Part shown: one piece after another, positions 9,149-19,087 of the stretch | Numbering within the stretch: position 1 is the stretch's first letter | Layout: every line of letters begins with the position of its first letter | Assembly: GCA_036339735.1 (NCBI GenBank) | Contig: JAYZAL010000006.1 | Span: forward strand, 1 to 64,000 | Length of the DNA: 64,000 nt | Source of the DNA: Candidatus Poribacteria bacterium | GTDB taxonomy: Bacteria; Poribacteria; WGA-4E; UBA9662 | Direction: 5' to 3' | The notes under the pieces: generated by a model | Seen by the model: the letters and a program-made list of their open reading frames with translations, nothing else | Databases searched by the model: none | Told to the model about the DNA's origin: nothing | Position numbers and translations under genes: made by a program

Positions 9149-10462
9149 CTAGGTTTTTTTGGGCTTTTTCTTAGCGGCTGGAAACAGGATATTGTTGAGA
9201 ATCAAGCGGTAACCCGCAGAATGCTTGTGTAAATCGAGGTTGGTTGGCACTTGACCTTCACCGACCAAATGCCGATAATCTTCCGGATCGTGTCCGGCCA
9301 AAAATGTGAAAGTTCCTTTACCCAGTTTCCCATGAAGATATTTGGCATAATTGGTTCCGTCTATTTCTCCCAATATCACTACAGTATCCCGGATCGTACT
9401 TTTATTGAAAGATGTAGTTTGTCCTAAATAACCGGGTACTCGGCTGACATGGTTTTGAGTCAACATTGTGGGAATTGGGTCATGTTTAGCCGCGAATTGA
9501 AACAACACAAAATCTTCAACTTGGGACAAAGCATTGAGGTCAGGTTTCGGATTGTCAATATTGGAAAACTCATATCGGTTGGCAGAAGTGTGCAGACTAA
9601 AATTGTGAAAACAGAATGTTTCCTGAAAGTTAAGCTTGCTATGATAGTTATTTTCGACTGGAGTTCCATCCAATTCGGCACTGACAATGTCAACCATTCC
9701 AGCTTTAGTTGACAAAGCAATATCCATAGTTTCTGGGGCTGAACACATAGCAAAAATAAAACCACCATTCGCAACGTAGTCCCGGATCAACTTAGCGATA
9801 TGTCCTTTGTATTCGGCGACTCGATTAAAACCGGCTTTCTGAGCTGCTTGCTCAAACATCCTTACCCTTTGTTGATACCAAATGGCAGTTTTGAAAGAAG
9901 CATAAAACTTTCCATATTGACCAGTAAAGTCTTCGTGGTGAAGATGGAGCCAATCGTACTTGTTTGTAAAAAAAGTACCACTGATCAGTTCTTCATCCCA
10001 AATAGATTGGAAGGGGATTTCAGCATACTCTAATGCAATTTTGACAGCATCATCCCAGGGATCACGATAAGGGCTATCATCTGGTGGTCGGTAAACGGCG
10101 ATCTTAGGAGCTTTTTCTAGTAAGATCTCATCCATATTGGCAAGGTCCATCTCTTGTTGAATAGCAACATAATCTTGATCAGAAATTTGTTCAACAGAAA
10201 CCCCCATCTCCTTAGACCTCTGTACTACGTCTGATGAGGATTGTAAAAGAAATGCTCCTCCCCGAAAATTTAATAACCACTTAGCGGTATAATTGCGCGG
10301 GGTCTCTAGTGTCCAATAAGTCAATCCATACGCCTTCAGATGGTTCTTCTGGGCTGTATCCATTGGAACTAATAACCATTGTCCCTCAACAGAATTCACA
10401 ACTAAAGTGATGAAAATACTGAGAATCAACCCAAAACGAAAAATAAAATTCAAATTATTCAC
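9149..10462 (-). CDS. Conserved exported protein of a Bacteroidota/FCB family often mislabelled 'asparagine synthetase B'
   Basis: Signal peptide, then LVPMDxxQKNHLKAYG, WLLNFRGGAF, PWDDAV, YDWLHLHHEDFTGQYGKFY, GHDPEDY, GYRLILNNILFPAA. Confidence 0.7.
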   Translation of the reverse strand: MNNLNFIFRFGLILSIFITLVVNSVEGQWLLVPMDTAQKNHLKAYGLTYWTLETPRNYTAKWLLNFRGGAFLLQSSSDVVQRSKEMGVSVEQISDQDYVAIQQEMDLANMDEILLEKAPKIAVYRPPDDSPYRDPWDDAVKIALEYAEIPFQSIWDEELISGTFFTNKYDWLHLHHEDFTGQYGKFYASFKTAIWYQQRVRMFEQAAQKAGFNRVAEYKGHIAKLIRDYVANGGFIFAMCSAPETMDIALSTKAGMVDIVSAELDGTPVENNYHSKLNFQETFCFHNFSLHTSANRYEFSNIDNPKPDLNALSQVEDFVLFQFAAKHDPIPTMLTQNHVSRVPGYLGQTTSFNKSTIRDTVVILGEIDGTNYAKYLHGKLGKGTFTFLAGHDPEDYRHLVGEGQVPTNLDLHKHSAGYRLILNNILFPAAKKKPKKT

Positions 10463-10569
10463 AAAATCAGCACAAGTGTTTGTTGGTTCTAATGATTTAA
10501 TTTATTCCGTAGGAGAATAATGATATATACTTTTTGTGTCTAGTGAAAAATTGCTAATTCAAGCATGGT

Positions 10570-11409
10570 TTAAACTAAAATAAGCTGTTCTATAGCGAGT
10601 GCCACACCATCTTGATCATTACTAGCTGTAATGTAATCACAAATGTTTTTTATTTCTTCTTCTGCATTTTCCATGGCCACGCTATGACCCGCAACCCTTA
10701 ACATACTTTCGTCGTTGAACCCATCACCAAAAGCCATAGTCTCGGAGATTGGAATGCCAAGTTGATTAGCTAGTGAGGTAATGGCTAGTCCTTTTGAAAC
10801 TCTTGGGTTCATGAATTCGATATATTCAGGTTGAGTCCGAGTGATATAAAGATCTGAGCCAAAAGTATCCTCAAATTGTTTTAGTAAGTTAGGGATTTTT
10901 GCTGGATCTGCCAAAACCTGCATTTTTGTGGGCTCTGCCTCAGGTAATTTTAGCAAATCGCCTGTTGCTTCAGCGGACACACCAGTTCGACTTTCGTAGA
11001 GATCGCTCCAATGATTACGTTGTCTGACGTATAGCTGATCGTTCCAACCAAAATTGAGATGTAATTTGGCTTTTTGACAATACTTAATAAGACGAACAGC
11101 CAATGAACGAGGAACAGGTAGGTGAAAGCTTACGTCACCGGTCTTTGGGTGCTTGACCATCCCACCGTTATAAGAAATTATTGGATTCTGTAATCCAATC
11201 TGCTGACTAATAGGCAACATTGATTGATGCATACGTCCTGAAACTAAGATAACTAAAGTACCTTGCTGCTCGACCGTATTCAAAATCTTAATGTTATGTA
11301 GGCTAACTTCGTGGTTACTGTTCAGCAGTGTTCCATCTAGGTCCAATGCTAGCATGCGACATTTTACCTTACTCAGCGGTACGCCCGAACGGCTAACGAC
11401 TATATCCAA
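10570..11409 (-). CDS. Cof-type HAD-IIB hydrolase
   Basis: DLDGTLL, SGR, SKG, AFGDGFNDESML, AMENA. Confidence 0.9.
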   Translation of the reverse strand: MDIVVSRSGVPLSKVKCRMLALDLDGTLLNSNHEVSLHNIKILNTVEQQGTLVILVSGRMHQSMLPISQQIGLQNPIISYNGGMVKHPKTGDVSFHLPVPRSLAVRLIKYCQKAKLHLNFGWNDQLYVRQRNHWSDLYESRTGVSAEATGDLLKLPEAEPTKMQVLADPAKIPNLLKQFEDTFGSDLYITRTQPEYIEFMNPRVSKGLAITSLANQLGIPISETMAFGDGFNDESMLRVAGHSVAMENAEEEIKNICDYITASNDQDGVALAIEQLILV

Positions 11410-11688
11410 AATTTTGCTCCAAATTCAATTACATAGAGTCATATTAAACTCATCAAATGAAATTACCAAGGATTAAGATATTACCCAATAATAGTGAGTG
11501 AAGCGATAGAAAGAAAATTATTTGGTTGCACAGAACGAAATTCCCATTTTTCATATTGTTTTCGCAATCTCTTGACAGATACTTTTTCTATCGTTCATCA
11601 GTCATTATTTGACAGTCAGCAAAAATTCTCTTGATATTTAATCATTGGCTAGAAAAGTGATTGGCAGATGCTACAGAGATAATAGATC

Positions 11689-12894
11689 CTAGTCAATAGT
11701 TTTAATTACTGTTCCGATTGCCACCAGCTGCTCCATTTTATAAATCTCAAATGAAGAACCAATGTTCAGAGGGACTAATTCTTCCAGCAAAAATTCGCCA
11801 ATGCCAATCTTAATCTCATCGTCAACTGATGGCGATAAAATAGAATCTTCCTGCTCGAAAATTAACCGAGCAGCTGTCTTCAGAGACCAGAAACTGACTA
11901 AAATTTCGTCTTGATCCACAAGTGGTAGATGTAGTTTGGCTTCTTCAACCGTTAAAGCATAAATCACAGCTGAAAACTGGACGTGAGAACGCATTTTTTT
12001 CGGTGTAGTGATACACTGCCCAGCTCGTACCCAACCAGGTTCAGCGTAAACCTGGGCAGTCAACAAGTCATCAGTATCCTGCTCTCTGACTCGGATACAT
12101 TCAGTACGGATCCGGTCCCCAAATCCGATAATATCCACTGCTTGCCCTGTAAACAAAGTACCTTGTTTGACTTGACAAGTCAAAATACTAATTTCATCCT
12201 GTTGATCATCAACTTGGTAAATAGGAGCAAAAAGAGGTCGCTGTGCTAAATTAGGGTGAGGTCCTAAACTTTGGTTGAGTAATTCAATCAAGTTAATAAT
12301 TGGTTGAAACTCAGGTGTACTATAATTGGCAACTTGACGATCAAGAATTAATTCGGTATTGCCTATCAAGACATGTTCAGGGTAAATATCGATACCTTCC
12401 GAAACCTCAATCTGACACATTTCAATTAATTCTGCATCATCTAGAGATTTGGGCTGATCAATGAAAGCTAATATAGGTCTGACACCAACTGCTGTTGCTA
12501 GCTCTGCAACCTGAATCAGATTTGTTGTTAATCCATTTTCCACATTGATGGCTAAAATCACAGCTGAGACGATTGGAGTCCCGGCTAGCCGATTAGAAGA
12601 ACCGAAGGCTCCCGTAGCTAACATTTTCATAGCATTGGCTGAAGTCGGAAAATCAACTAACGTATAGCTTTTTCCACTAGTTTCGTAACCACCAGCAGAA
12701 AATTGAAAGTAGACATTACTATGATTCAGGTCGCCAACTGTCCAGCTGGAGGGTTCTTGCTGACGAAATATTTCAGCGGAAGATCGGCCAATTGTTTCAA
12801 CAACTTTCAAAAGAGCTAGACAAAGATCATAGCTCCGATCCCCTACGACACAAATCAAACGCTGATTAGATTGAATTAGAGAGTGCCACGTCAT
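11689..12894 (-). CDS. Divergent EF-Tu-like protein lacking GTPase motifs
   Basis: YETSGKSYTLVDFP...MKMLATGA, DDAELIEMCQIEV, HVQFSAVIYALTVEE and VAIGTVIKTI parallel EF-Tu domains I-III; G1/G3/G4 degenerate. Confidence 0.75.
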   Translation of the reverse strand: MTWHSLIQSNQRLICVVGDRSYDLCLALLKVVETIGRSSAEIFRQQEPSSWTVGDLNHSNVYFQFSAGGYETSGKSYTLVDFPTSANAMKMLATGAFGSSNRLAGTPIVSAVILAINVENGLTTNLIQVAELATAVGVRPILAFIDQPKSLDDAELIEMCQIEVSEGIDIYPEHVLIGNTELILDRQVANYSTPEFQPIINLIELLNQSLGPHPNLAQRPLFAPIYQVDDQQDEISILTCQVKQGTLFTGQAVDIIGFGDRIRTECIRVREQDTDDLLTAQVYAEPGWVRAGQCITTPKKMRSHVQFSAVIYALTVEEAKLHLPLVDQDEILVSFWSLKTAARLIFEQEDSILSPSVDDEIKIGIGEFLLEELVPLNIGSSFEIYKMEQLVAIGTVIKTID

Positions 12895-12905
12895 TTTACT
12901 AATTA

Positions 12906-14036
12906 TTAAAGTTCTACGGAGAAACCATTCTTTGCGACCGCCTGATGGAAAACTGATTTTTCTAATATTAGGCCAAAACCCGGTCGATTCGGAACTAGAA
13001 CTTGTCCATTCTGAATTTTATAACTGGAATCATCAATACCCGAAACTGCAGCTGCATCCCACTCCACAAATTTAAAATTTCGAATGCCATTTTTCAGATG
13101 TGCAGAGGCGAAGTTACCATAGTAGCCACCGTAGTGGTGTGGTGCCGTATGTACGTTCCAGCTATCCAATTTTTGCCCTAGATCAAGCCAACGTGAAAAG
13201 CCATAACTAAAGATGTCATATTGAACTACATCTATTAGGCCAGCCTCCGCCCAATCCAACAATCTGTTTGAGGCTTCACCCTCACCATCTGCAACCAGAG
13301 TTTGAATACTATGTTTATGCATCCAATCCTTAAGGTTTTCATACAGGCGATTATCTTCGTGAAATGCTTCTTCTATCCAGTGAATTTTATCATCAGCAGT
13401 TTCGGCTAAAACTGTCTTGGTCAAATTGAGATTATAACCATTGTTGGCATCGAGCAAGATAGTTGCTGATTGACCAACATTCTGTCGCACTGCCTTGATG
13501 ACCATGATATCTCTTTGCATTCCATCGGATAAATCCATGTGCATGGCACCACGACCAATTTTGATCTTGAAGGCAGTATGACCCCTATCCATTCCTTGTT
13601 GTGCTTGCTGAGCTATCAAGTCAGCAGCCTCACAGTGATCAGCTAAGTGTAGATCATCAATGTACAAGGATGTATCGTAACAAGGCGCGGTGAATTCTTC
13701 ATCTTGATTTGATCCAACCAAAGAGTAAACGGGCTTGCCAGTAAGCTGTCCAACCAAATCCCAAATGGGAAATTCAATTGGCTTAAATCCGTCCTGTACT
13801 CGTTTTGGATCATTTTGAAAAATCTCACCGACGGATTTACCCAATATTTTTTCAGCCTCAGATTGACTGATACGAGAGGCTCCAAACCCAAAAGCACCTT
13901 GGTCTGTAGTGATAGTAACAATACTAGGTCGAACATACAGACCATGTTCTCCCAAACGCGAATTGCATCCTGCCTTTCGCGGGCGCTCGCCAAGTAAATT
14001 AGCCTGCTCAATTCGCACGATTTTTTGTTCAAACAT
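12906..14036 (-). CDS. Enolase superfamily (mandelate racemase/muconate lactonising) protein
   Basis: WDLVGQLTGKPVY, FKIKIGRG (KxK), LDANNGY, WIEE, ADGE, APHH; ATG 14036 after GAGG. Confidence 0.85.
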   Translation of the reverse strand: MFEQKIVRIEQANLLGERPRKAGCNSRLGEHGLYVRPSIVTITTDQGAFGFGASRISQSEAEKILGKSVGEIFQNDPKRVQDGFKPIEFPIWDLVGQLTGKPVYSLVGSNQDEEFTAPCYDTSLYIDDLHLADHCEAADLIAQQAQQGMDRGHTAFKIKIGRGAMHMDLSDGMQRDIMVIKAVRQNVGQSATILLDANNGYNLNLTKTVLAETADDKIHWIEEAFHEDNRLYENLKDWMHKHSIQTLVADGEGEASNRLLDWAEAGLIDVVQYDIFSYGFSRWLDLGQKLDSWNVHTAPHHYGGYYGNFASAHLKNGIRNFKFVEWDAAAVSGIDDSSYKIQNGQVLVPNRPGFGLILEKSVFHQAVAKNGFSVEL

Positions 14037-14352
14037 GTCCAACCTCACTTAAGGGGTATGTCGTTTCGATAGTTTGTTATAAAAACAAAAACGGCAAAAC
14101 TATGATCTCAGCTGTTGGGTTCATCTTACTAGCAGTAGCTATTTCAATCAAATAACTTAAATTCCAAATTTGGCCACCAAGAACAGGCTATTAATAACTC
14201 AACCCATCAAGATTTGATTTATGAACCCAAAATAAGAGAGGGACAGCAATACATCGGAAGGGAAAAGAATATTATTAGATGTAGTTCTGTCTGAATGTTT
14301 TGTACTAGCTACAGTTAATTAAAACCAATCCGAACTTGCTAGTAATCAACAT

Positions 14353-15069
14353 CTACTGATAGCCATTTTCTTTTAAGGCATTCTGTAAGAAATCTAACTC
14401 CTGATGATTCGCATCCTGTTTCCATCGTTCGACAGGTGCTCTACGCACGATGATACGACCTAATGGAAATCCCAAGAAGTCTTCTAATTTCTCTAGTACC
14501 TCTTCTTGGTGTAGGACAAAATCTTCGAAACGAATCTTAATCAAATTTTTAGGTTCTGGTGTTGCTTTCATTAACTGATACTGATAATACCAAGAGATTG
14601 CTCGCCGCTTCCTAATATCATCAGTCAATTCATACTGAATACCAAAATCCCGAAGATCATCAGTTTTGTGTCCACTAAGAATACCATCCCTTGGGTCGCG
14701 TACCCAATGGATATACTTGATATCAGGAAACATACGTTGAATCCAAGGATAAATTAGGGTGGTTTCCGGGATTTTCCATCCTTTATGTTCGGATTTATTT
14801 TTGAGTACATCCTGTAGATAATCAGAAATCAAGTCAGTGAATTCATTTGGAATCTCCTCACTGAATAAGCGGGAAAAGTTCCACGATAACCCGCCTTCCC
14901 AATCAACATACTGCGCTAACACTCTACAAGCGTCATACATTTTTTGAGGTGGAATTTTGTCTCCTGACGGGTTTATAGAAGACCCCATATAGACGCCACT
15001 AGCGTAGAGGGTATGAGAAATAGCTCTTGTCCCCGAATGACCGCGACCAATGATTGTGATTAAAGACAC
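14353..15069 (-). CDS. Sulfotransferase family protein
   Basis: 5'-PSB GRGHSGT, GWKIP, 3'-PB VRDPRD, IRFEDF. Confidence 0.8.
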   Translation of the reverse strand: MSLITIIGRGHSGTRAISHTLYASGVYMGSSINPSGDKIPPQKMYDACRVLAQYVDWEGGLSWNFSRLFSEEIPNEFTDLISDYLQDVLKNKSEHKGWKIPETTLIYPWIQRMFPDIKYIHWVRDPRDGILSGHKTDDLRDFGIQYELTDDIRKRRAISWYYQYQLMKATPEPKNLIKIRFEDFVLHQEEVLEKLEDFLGFPLGRIIVRRAPVERWKQDANHQELDFLQNALKENGYQ

Positions 15070-15113
15070 GTGTGTAACCCTTTTTCTTTTTACTCAATCT
15101 AATTCTTAGTTAC

Positions 15114-16139
15114 TTAACGCCAGCTGATGTTAACTAACTGAGATTTCTCTGAACTTTCAATAGCGCCAAAAACCATAGCCAAACTTTTGATATTATCAGT
15201 ACAAACTGTTTCCGGTGTACTACCGGTCTTTACGCAGTCAATAAATTCACGAATTAAACCACTGTGCCCACCAACATTAGCTTGCCCATCGAACGGTGGA
15301 ATTTCTACCGTTTCACATTCTGAGTGAAATCCTTCTGCTTTGACAACTGATTGAGCTGTCATCTGGTCGCCACCATCCCATTTAACAGTGCCTTTTTCAC
15401 CTATAATTCGCCAATCACTCTCCCAAGTAGTACTCAGACCTTCAGCACACCAACTACCCCGGTAAGTATAAACAATTTCATTAGTCATCTGGTAAAGGGC
15501 AATGGCTGATGCATCATGATCATACCAAGAACCGCTTGGATTCCATTCTTTACAAAAAACGGAAACTGGGTCAGCATTGCCAATGAAACGAGCAGCATCA
15601 AGAGTGTGAATGGCCATATCCAATAGAAGAACATGTTCCATATGATCACGAAAGCCACCAAAGTGGGCCCCAATATAGAAATCACAGTTGATAGTGGTAA
15701 TTTTTCCAATTACACCAGAATCCAAAAAACTCCTCAGCCGACGGATCTGCGGGTTATATCGCCGATTTTGTATAATGGCATAAATTTTTCCAGTTTCTTC
15801 TGCTATTTTGACGACTTTTTTTGCTTTCTCCAGGCTATCAGCCAATGGTTTTTCGCCCATAACATGACAGCCATACTGTAATGACGTAGTAGTAACTTCT
15901 GCATGTGCTTCGGGAATAGTACAATCAAAGACGGCATCTGGATTGGTCTTTTCCAGCATTTCTTGTAAATCAGTGCCAACTTGAGCCGAATGTAGATCAT
16001 AATCTTGGGCTCGCTTCAATGCAGCTTCTTCTTGCACATCGACCAATCCAACTAGCTCAACGTCCTCCATATCTTGGGCAGCGCCTAACCAGGCTCCACT
16101 CATGCCACCACAACCAACTAGCACAACCTTAATCTTCAT
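15114..16139 (-). CDS. Gfo/Idh/MocA family oxidoreductase
   Basis: VGCGGM Rossmann motif, GEKPLA, QNRRY, LLDMAIHTLD. Confidence 0.9.
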   Translation of the reverse strand: MKIKVVLVGCGGMSGAWLGAAQDMEDVELVGLVDVQEEAALKRAQDYDLHSAQVGTDLQEMLEKTNPDAVFDCTIPEAHAEVTTTSLQYGCHVMGEKPLADSLEKAKKVVKIAEETGKIYAIIQNRRYNPQIRRLRSFLDSGVIGKITTINCDFYIGAHFGGFRDHMEHVLLLDMAIHTLDAARFIGNADPVSVFCKEWNPSGSWYDHDASAIALYQMTNEIVYTYRGSWCAEGLSTTWESDWRIIGEKGTVKWDGGDQMTAQSVVKAEGFHSECETVEIPPFDGQANVGGHSGLIREFIDCVKTGSTPETVCTDNIKSLAMVFGAIESSEKSQLVNISWR

Positions 16140-16174
16140 CTTTTGACAATCCTTACTTATATTTTTCGAACTGG

Positions 16175-17209
16175 CTAAAAATCCAGCGATAATGAAATTC
16201 GGTGAGCATTACCAACTTGACCAAAAGGAATAAATGCGTAATCAACTTGATAAGCACGGGTCGCATAACCAAATCCACCGCTCAAACTGGACAAAAAATC
16301 AGCGTCTAGTCGTCGACGATACCCGCCTCTCATAGCAAATCCATTGCTAAAAAGATATTCTAAGCCTATATGGGATCGACCGTTCTGATCATAACCAAAA
16401 TCATAATCAACGGCTACTGTCATTTGATTTTGTAACAAACTAGGTCTCGTATTAGTGTTATTGACAACGGTTGAGGGCATAGCAATGGTAATGGTATAGG
16501 CCAGACCAACCCGAACATGTTGAGGGATAGAGACAGGCTGTTGGAGGTATTGCTGTTCCGACGATCCAATGTTGAAGACGCTAAGGCCCAATTTTAAGTT
16601 TTTGACCGGTGGCTGATAAATCATTCCCAAATTGATATGATTCCATCGTAATTGATAACCTGTTATAGTAGAGTAGTTAACTCTTTGCTGAGAGACTTGA
16701 AAAGCCCCACCAATGCGAATTGTCCCCCAGTTAATTCCCCTGTAACCATTCGTGCTAATCTCACCACTACCGATGGCAACGCGTATGACCATATCGTTGT
16801 AATTGAATGTACCCATCTCTTGGTATCGACCGACATCAGCCTCAGATTCAATTGTTTGAGGAATATCACCAGACCAGATGTAAGACACATCAGCTCCAAC
16901 TGACATCCACTTACCTAGTGATTGACCGAAACCGATCCAGCCATGTCGTATGCCTCCTAACCAATCAGCACCCATAATAGTTAATTGTGGACGTTTTATC
17001 TGGCCGAGGCCTGCTGGATTCCAATAAATAGAACTGACGTCATCTGCAACAGCAGTAAACGTATGTCCCATTGCCGCAGTTCGAGCACCAACTCCAACTC
17101 TGACCGCACTACCACCAAGCGTGCCAGCAGTCAGGCCCTGGCCGTAAACTGGGGATACTAAGAAGTAATACAGTAATAAAGCTGGAACGCAGAAGGGAGA
17201 ATATTTCAT
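16175..17209 (-). CDS. PorV/PorQ-like (UPF0164) outer-membrane beta-barrel
   Basis: Signal peptide; GARTAAMGHTFTAVADDVSSIYWNPAGL; alternating beta-strands; GLEY, RGGY, VDYAF; C-terminal HRISLSLDF ending in Phe. Confidence 0.8.
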   Translation of the reverse strand: MKYSPFCVPALLLYYFLVSPVYGQGLTAGTLGGSAVRVGVGARTAAMGHTFTAVADDVSSIYWNPAGLGQIKRPQLTIMGADWLGGIRHGWIGFGQSLGKWMSVGADVSYIWSGDIPQTIESEADVGRYQEMGTFNYNDMVIRVAIGSGEISTNGYRGINWGTIRIGGAFQVSQQRVNYSTITGYQLRWNHINLGMIYQPPVKNLKLGLSVFNIGSSEQQYLQQPVSIPQHVRVGLAYTITIAMPSTVVNNTNTRPSLLQNQMTVAVDYDFGYDQNGRSHIGLEYLFSNGFAMRGGYRRRLDADFLSSLSGGFGYATRAYQVDYAFIPFGQVGNAHRISLSLDF

Positions 17210-17582
17210 TCTAACGACCGAACTCATTTTGGGTTCGACGGATACTTCAATGGAAAGTTGCTCGATTCTATCACAGCCGTCCGTTAACCTCAAGGCTTTT
17301 TGACCCACTAGTCACAAGGGTTAATTGATGAACACATTGATTAAAAATGGCTCTAGGCCTAAAACAAGAAACATTCTAATCAGTAGGAAGTAAACGTCAA
17401 ACGAACCAAGATTTAATCTACTATTTTGAGTTTTGTTACAATATAATGTTACAACATTAGTATGGCTATTGCTAGATCAGTCATTAGTTGTTGACCAATT
17501 ACTGAACACGATTATCCACTAGTCGTAAATTAATTTACAATTCAGCCGATGAAAATAGAGAATTGAGATTCTTGCTTATACA

Positions 17583-18947
17583 GTGAAGTTTTTTTTAATT
17601 ACATACATTCTGCTAAACCTGATAAACATTACGATTGTGGCGGAGGACTGGTCACAGTGGTTGGGAAATCAAAGAGATGGAATCTGGCGGGAGTCTGATC
17701 TTCTTACATCTTTCCCCAAGCAGGGGTTAAAACCCGTTTGGCAAGTACCAATTGGTAGTGGCTATACTGGTCCTGCTGTCGCCGATGGTCTGGTATTTGT
17801 AATGGATCGAATCAAGCACGACCCAAATCTAAAAGATGGGCGGTTTCTGCATCTAGATCAACCACCACAGAATACGAACTTCATTCGTCGCCTATTATCC
17901 GGCTCTGAAAGAGTTCTATGCTTAGATCAAAAAAGTGGCCAAATCCTCTGGTCTTATGAGTACAAGTGTGCTTATCGGTCAGTAGCACTATACGCCATTG
18001 GTCCTCGTGCCACTCCAACAGTTGATAGTCATCGAGTTTACACTTTGGGGGCTGAAGGCGATTTGTTTTGTTTTGAAGCCCAAACAGGTCAAGTCCTTTG
18101 GCAACTAAACCTAAGGGATAAGTATGAAGTAGAAACGCCAGAATGGGGATTTGCGGCTCATCCATTGGTTGATGGAGATCACTTGATATGCATGGTCGGT
18201 GGAGAAAAAACCACAGTAGTAGCTCTGAATAAGCTAAACGGTCAAGAAGTTTGGCGTAGTGGATCAACTAAACAACCTGGCTATTGTGCACCCATTATTT
18301 ACCACTTGGGTGGTAAGCGGCAACTAGTAGTCTGGGATAGCCATTACCTAAGAGGTTTGAATCCTGAAAGCGGTCAGCCATACTGGAAATTGGAACTTCA
18401 GCCAGCTTTTGCTATGTCGATTGGCGTTCCTAAACAAATTGGCAATCGGCTATTCGTAATGGCTTATTCGAATCTGTCTGCTTTAATTGAGATCGCTAAG
18501 GATGGTAATAGCGCTGAGATTGTCTGGAAAGGAGATACAAAACGGGGCGTCGCCGGCGTTTTCAACTCAGCTGTTGTTCAAGATGGGCACATTTATGCTT
18601 GTGGACAAAGTGGGCGCTATATGTGTGTAGAATTAGAGACTGGCGAGCGAAAATGGAAAACTTTTGAATTTTCAACAGGTGGTCGGCCCGCAAGTTGGGC
18701 GAATGTCTTTACCGTGCCCAACGGCAATCGTTTTTGGCTGTTTAATGATATTGGTGAGGCCATAATCGCAAAAATGTCCCCAAAGGGTTTCCAACTAATC
18801 AGCAAAACCAAACTAATTGAACCAACGCATCAAATTGGCCAACGGACAGTAGTATGGTCTCACCCAGCTTTAGCTGAACAGCACATTTTCGTTCGAAATG
18901 ATCGCGAAATTATATGTTACGATGTCTCATCAATACAATTAAATTAA
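17583..18947 (+). CDS. Exported PQQ-binding-like beta-propeller repeat protein (Planctomycete type)
   Basis: AEDWSQWLGNQRDG, GYTGPAV, GPRATPTV, repeated xGQVLW/VW blades, WSHPALA..IFVRND. Confidence 0.85.
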   Translation: MKFFLITYILLNLINITIVAEDWSQWLGNQRDGIWRESDLLTSFPKQGLKPVWQVPIGSGYTGPAVADGLVFVMDRIKHDPNLKDGRFLHLDQPPQNTNFIRRLLSGSERVLCLDQKSGQILWSYEYKCAYRSVALYAIGPRATPTVDSHRVYTLGAEGDLFCFEAQTGQVLWQLNLRDKYEVETPEWGFAAHPLVDGDHLICMVGGEKTTVVALNKLNGQEVWRSGSTKQPGYCAPIIYHLGGKRQLVVWDSHYLRGLNPESGQPYWKLELQPAFAMSIGVPKQIGNRLFVMAYSNLSALIEIAKDGNSAEIVWKGDTKRGVAGVFNSAVVQDGHIYACGQSGRYMCVELETGERKWKTFEFSTGGRPASWANVFTVPNGNRFWLFNDIGEAIIAKMSPKGFQLISKTKLIEPTHQIGQRTVVWSHPALAEQHIFVRNDREIICYDVSSIQLN

Positions 18948-19087
18948 TCATTCCCGATAGACTTATATCTGGCCGTGATGAATGTTGAGCATTAAGCAAA
19001 ACAGTAATAGGGAAAATTATAACGTCGGAATACCATGGATGTAGAGCTGGGACTCGAGACAACTAGTCTTTAACTATTTACTCAAAA

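Noticed and set aside
9149-10462. Asparagine synthetase B assignment
   Set aside because: No N-terminal Cys Ntn domain or SGGLDS motif, and the protein has a signal peptide
11689-12894. EF-Tu-like ORF as SelB (selA is nearby) or as canonical tuf
   Set aside because: No C-terminal winged-helix SECIS-binding domains and no intact G motifs
14116-14230. 10-bp inverted repeat TTGGGTTCAT/ATGAACCCAA, possible MITE
   Set aside because: Short, single copy in the window, no target-site duplication; compatible with chance
17434-17454. TGTTACAA direct repeat between divergent genes
   Set aside because: Could be an operator, but there is no regulator nearby and no second site to support it
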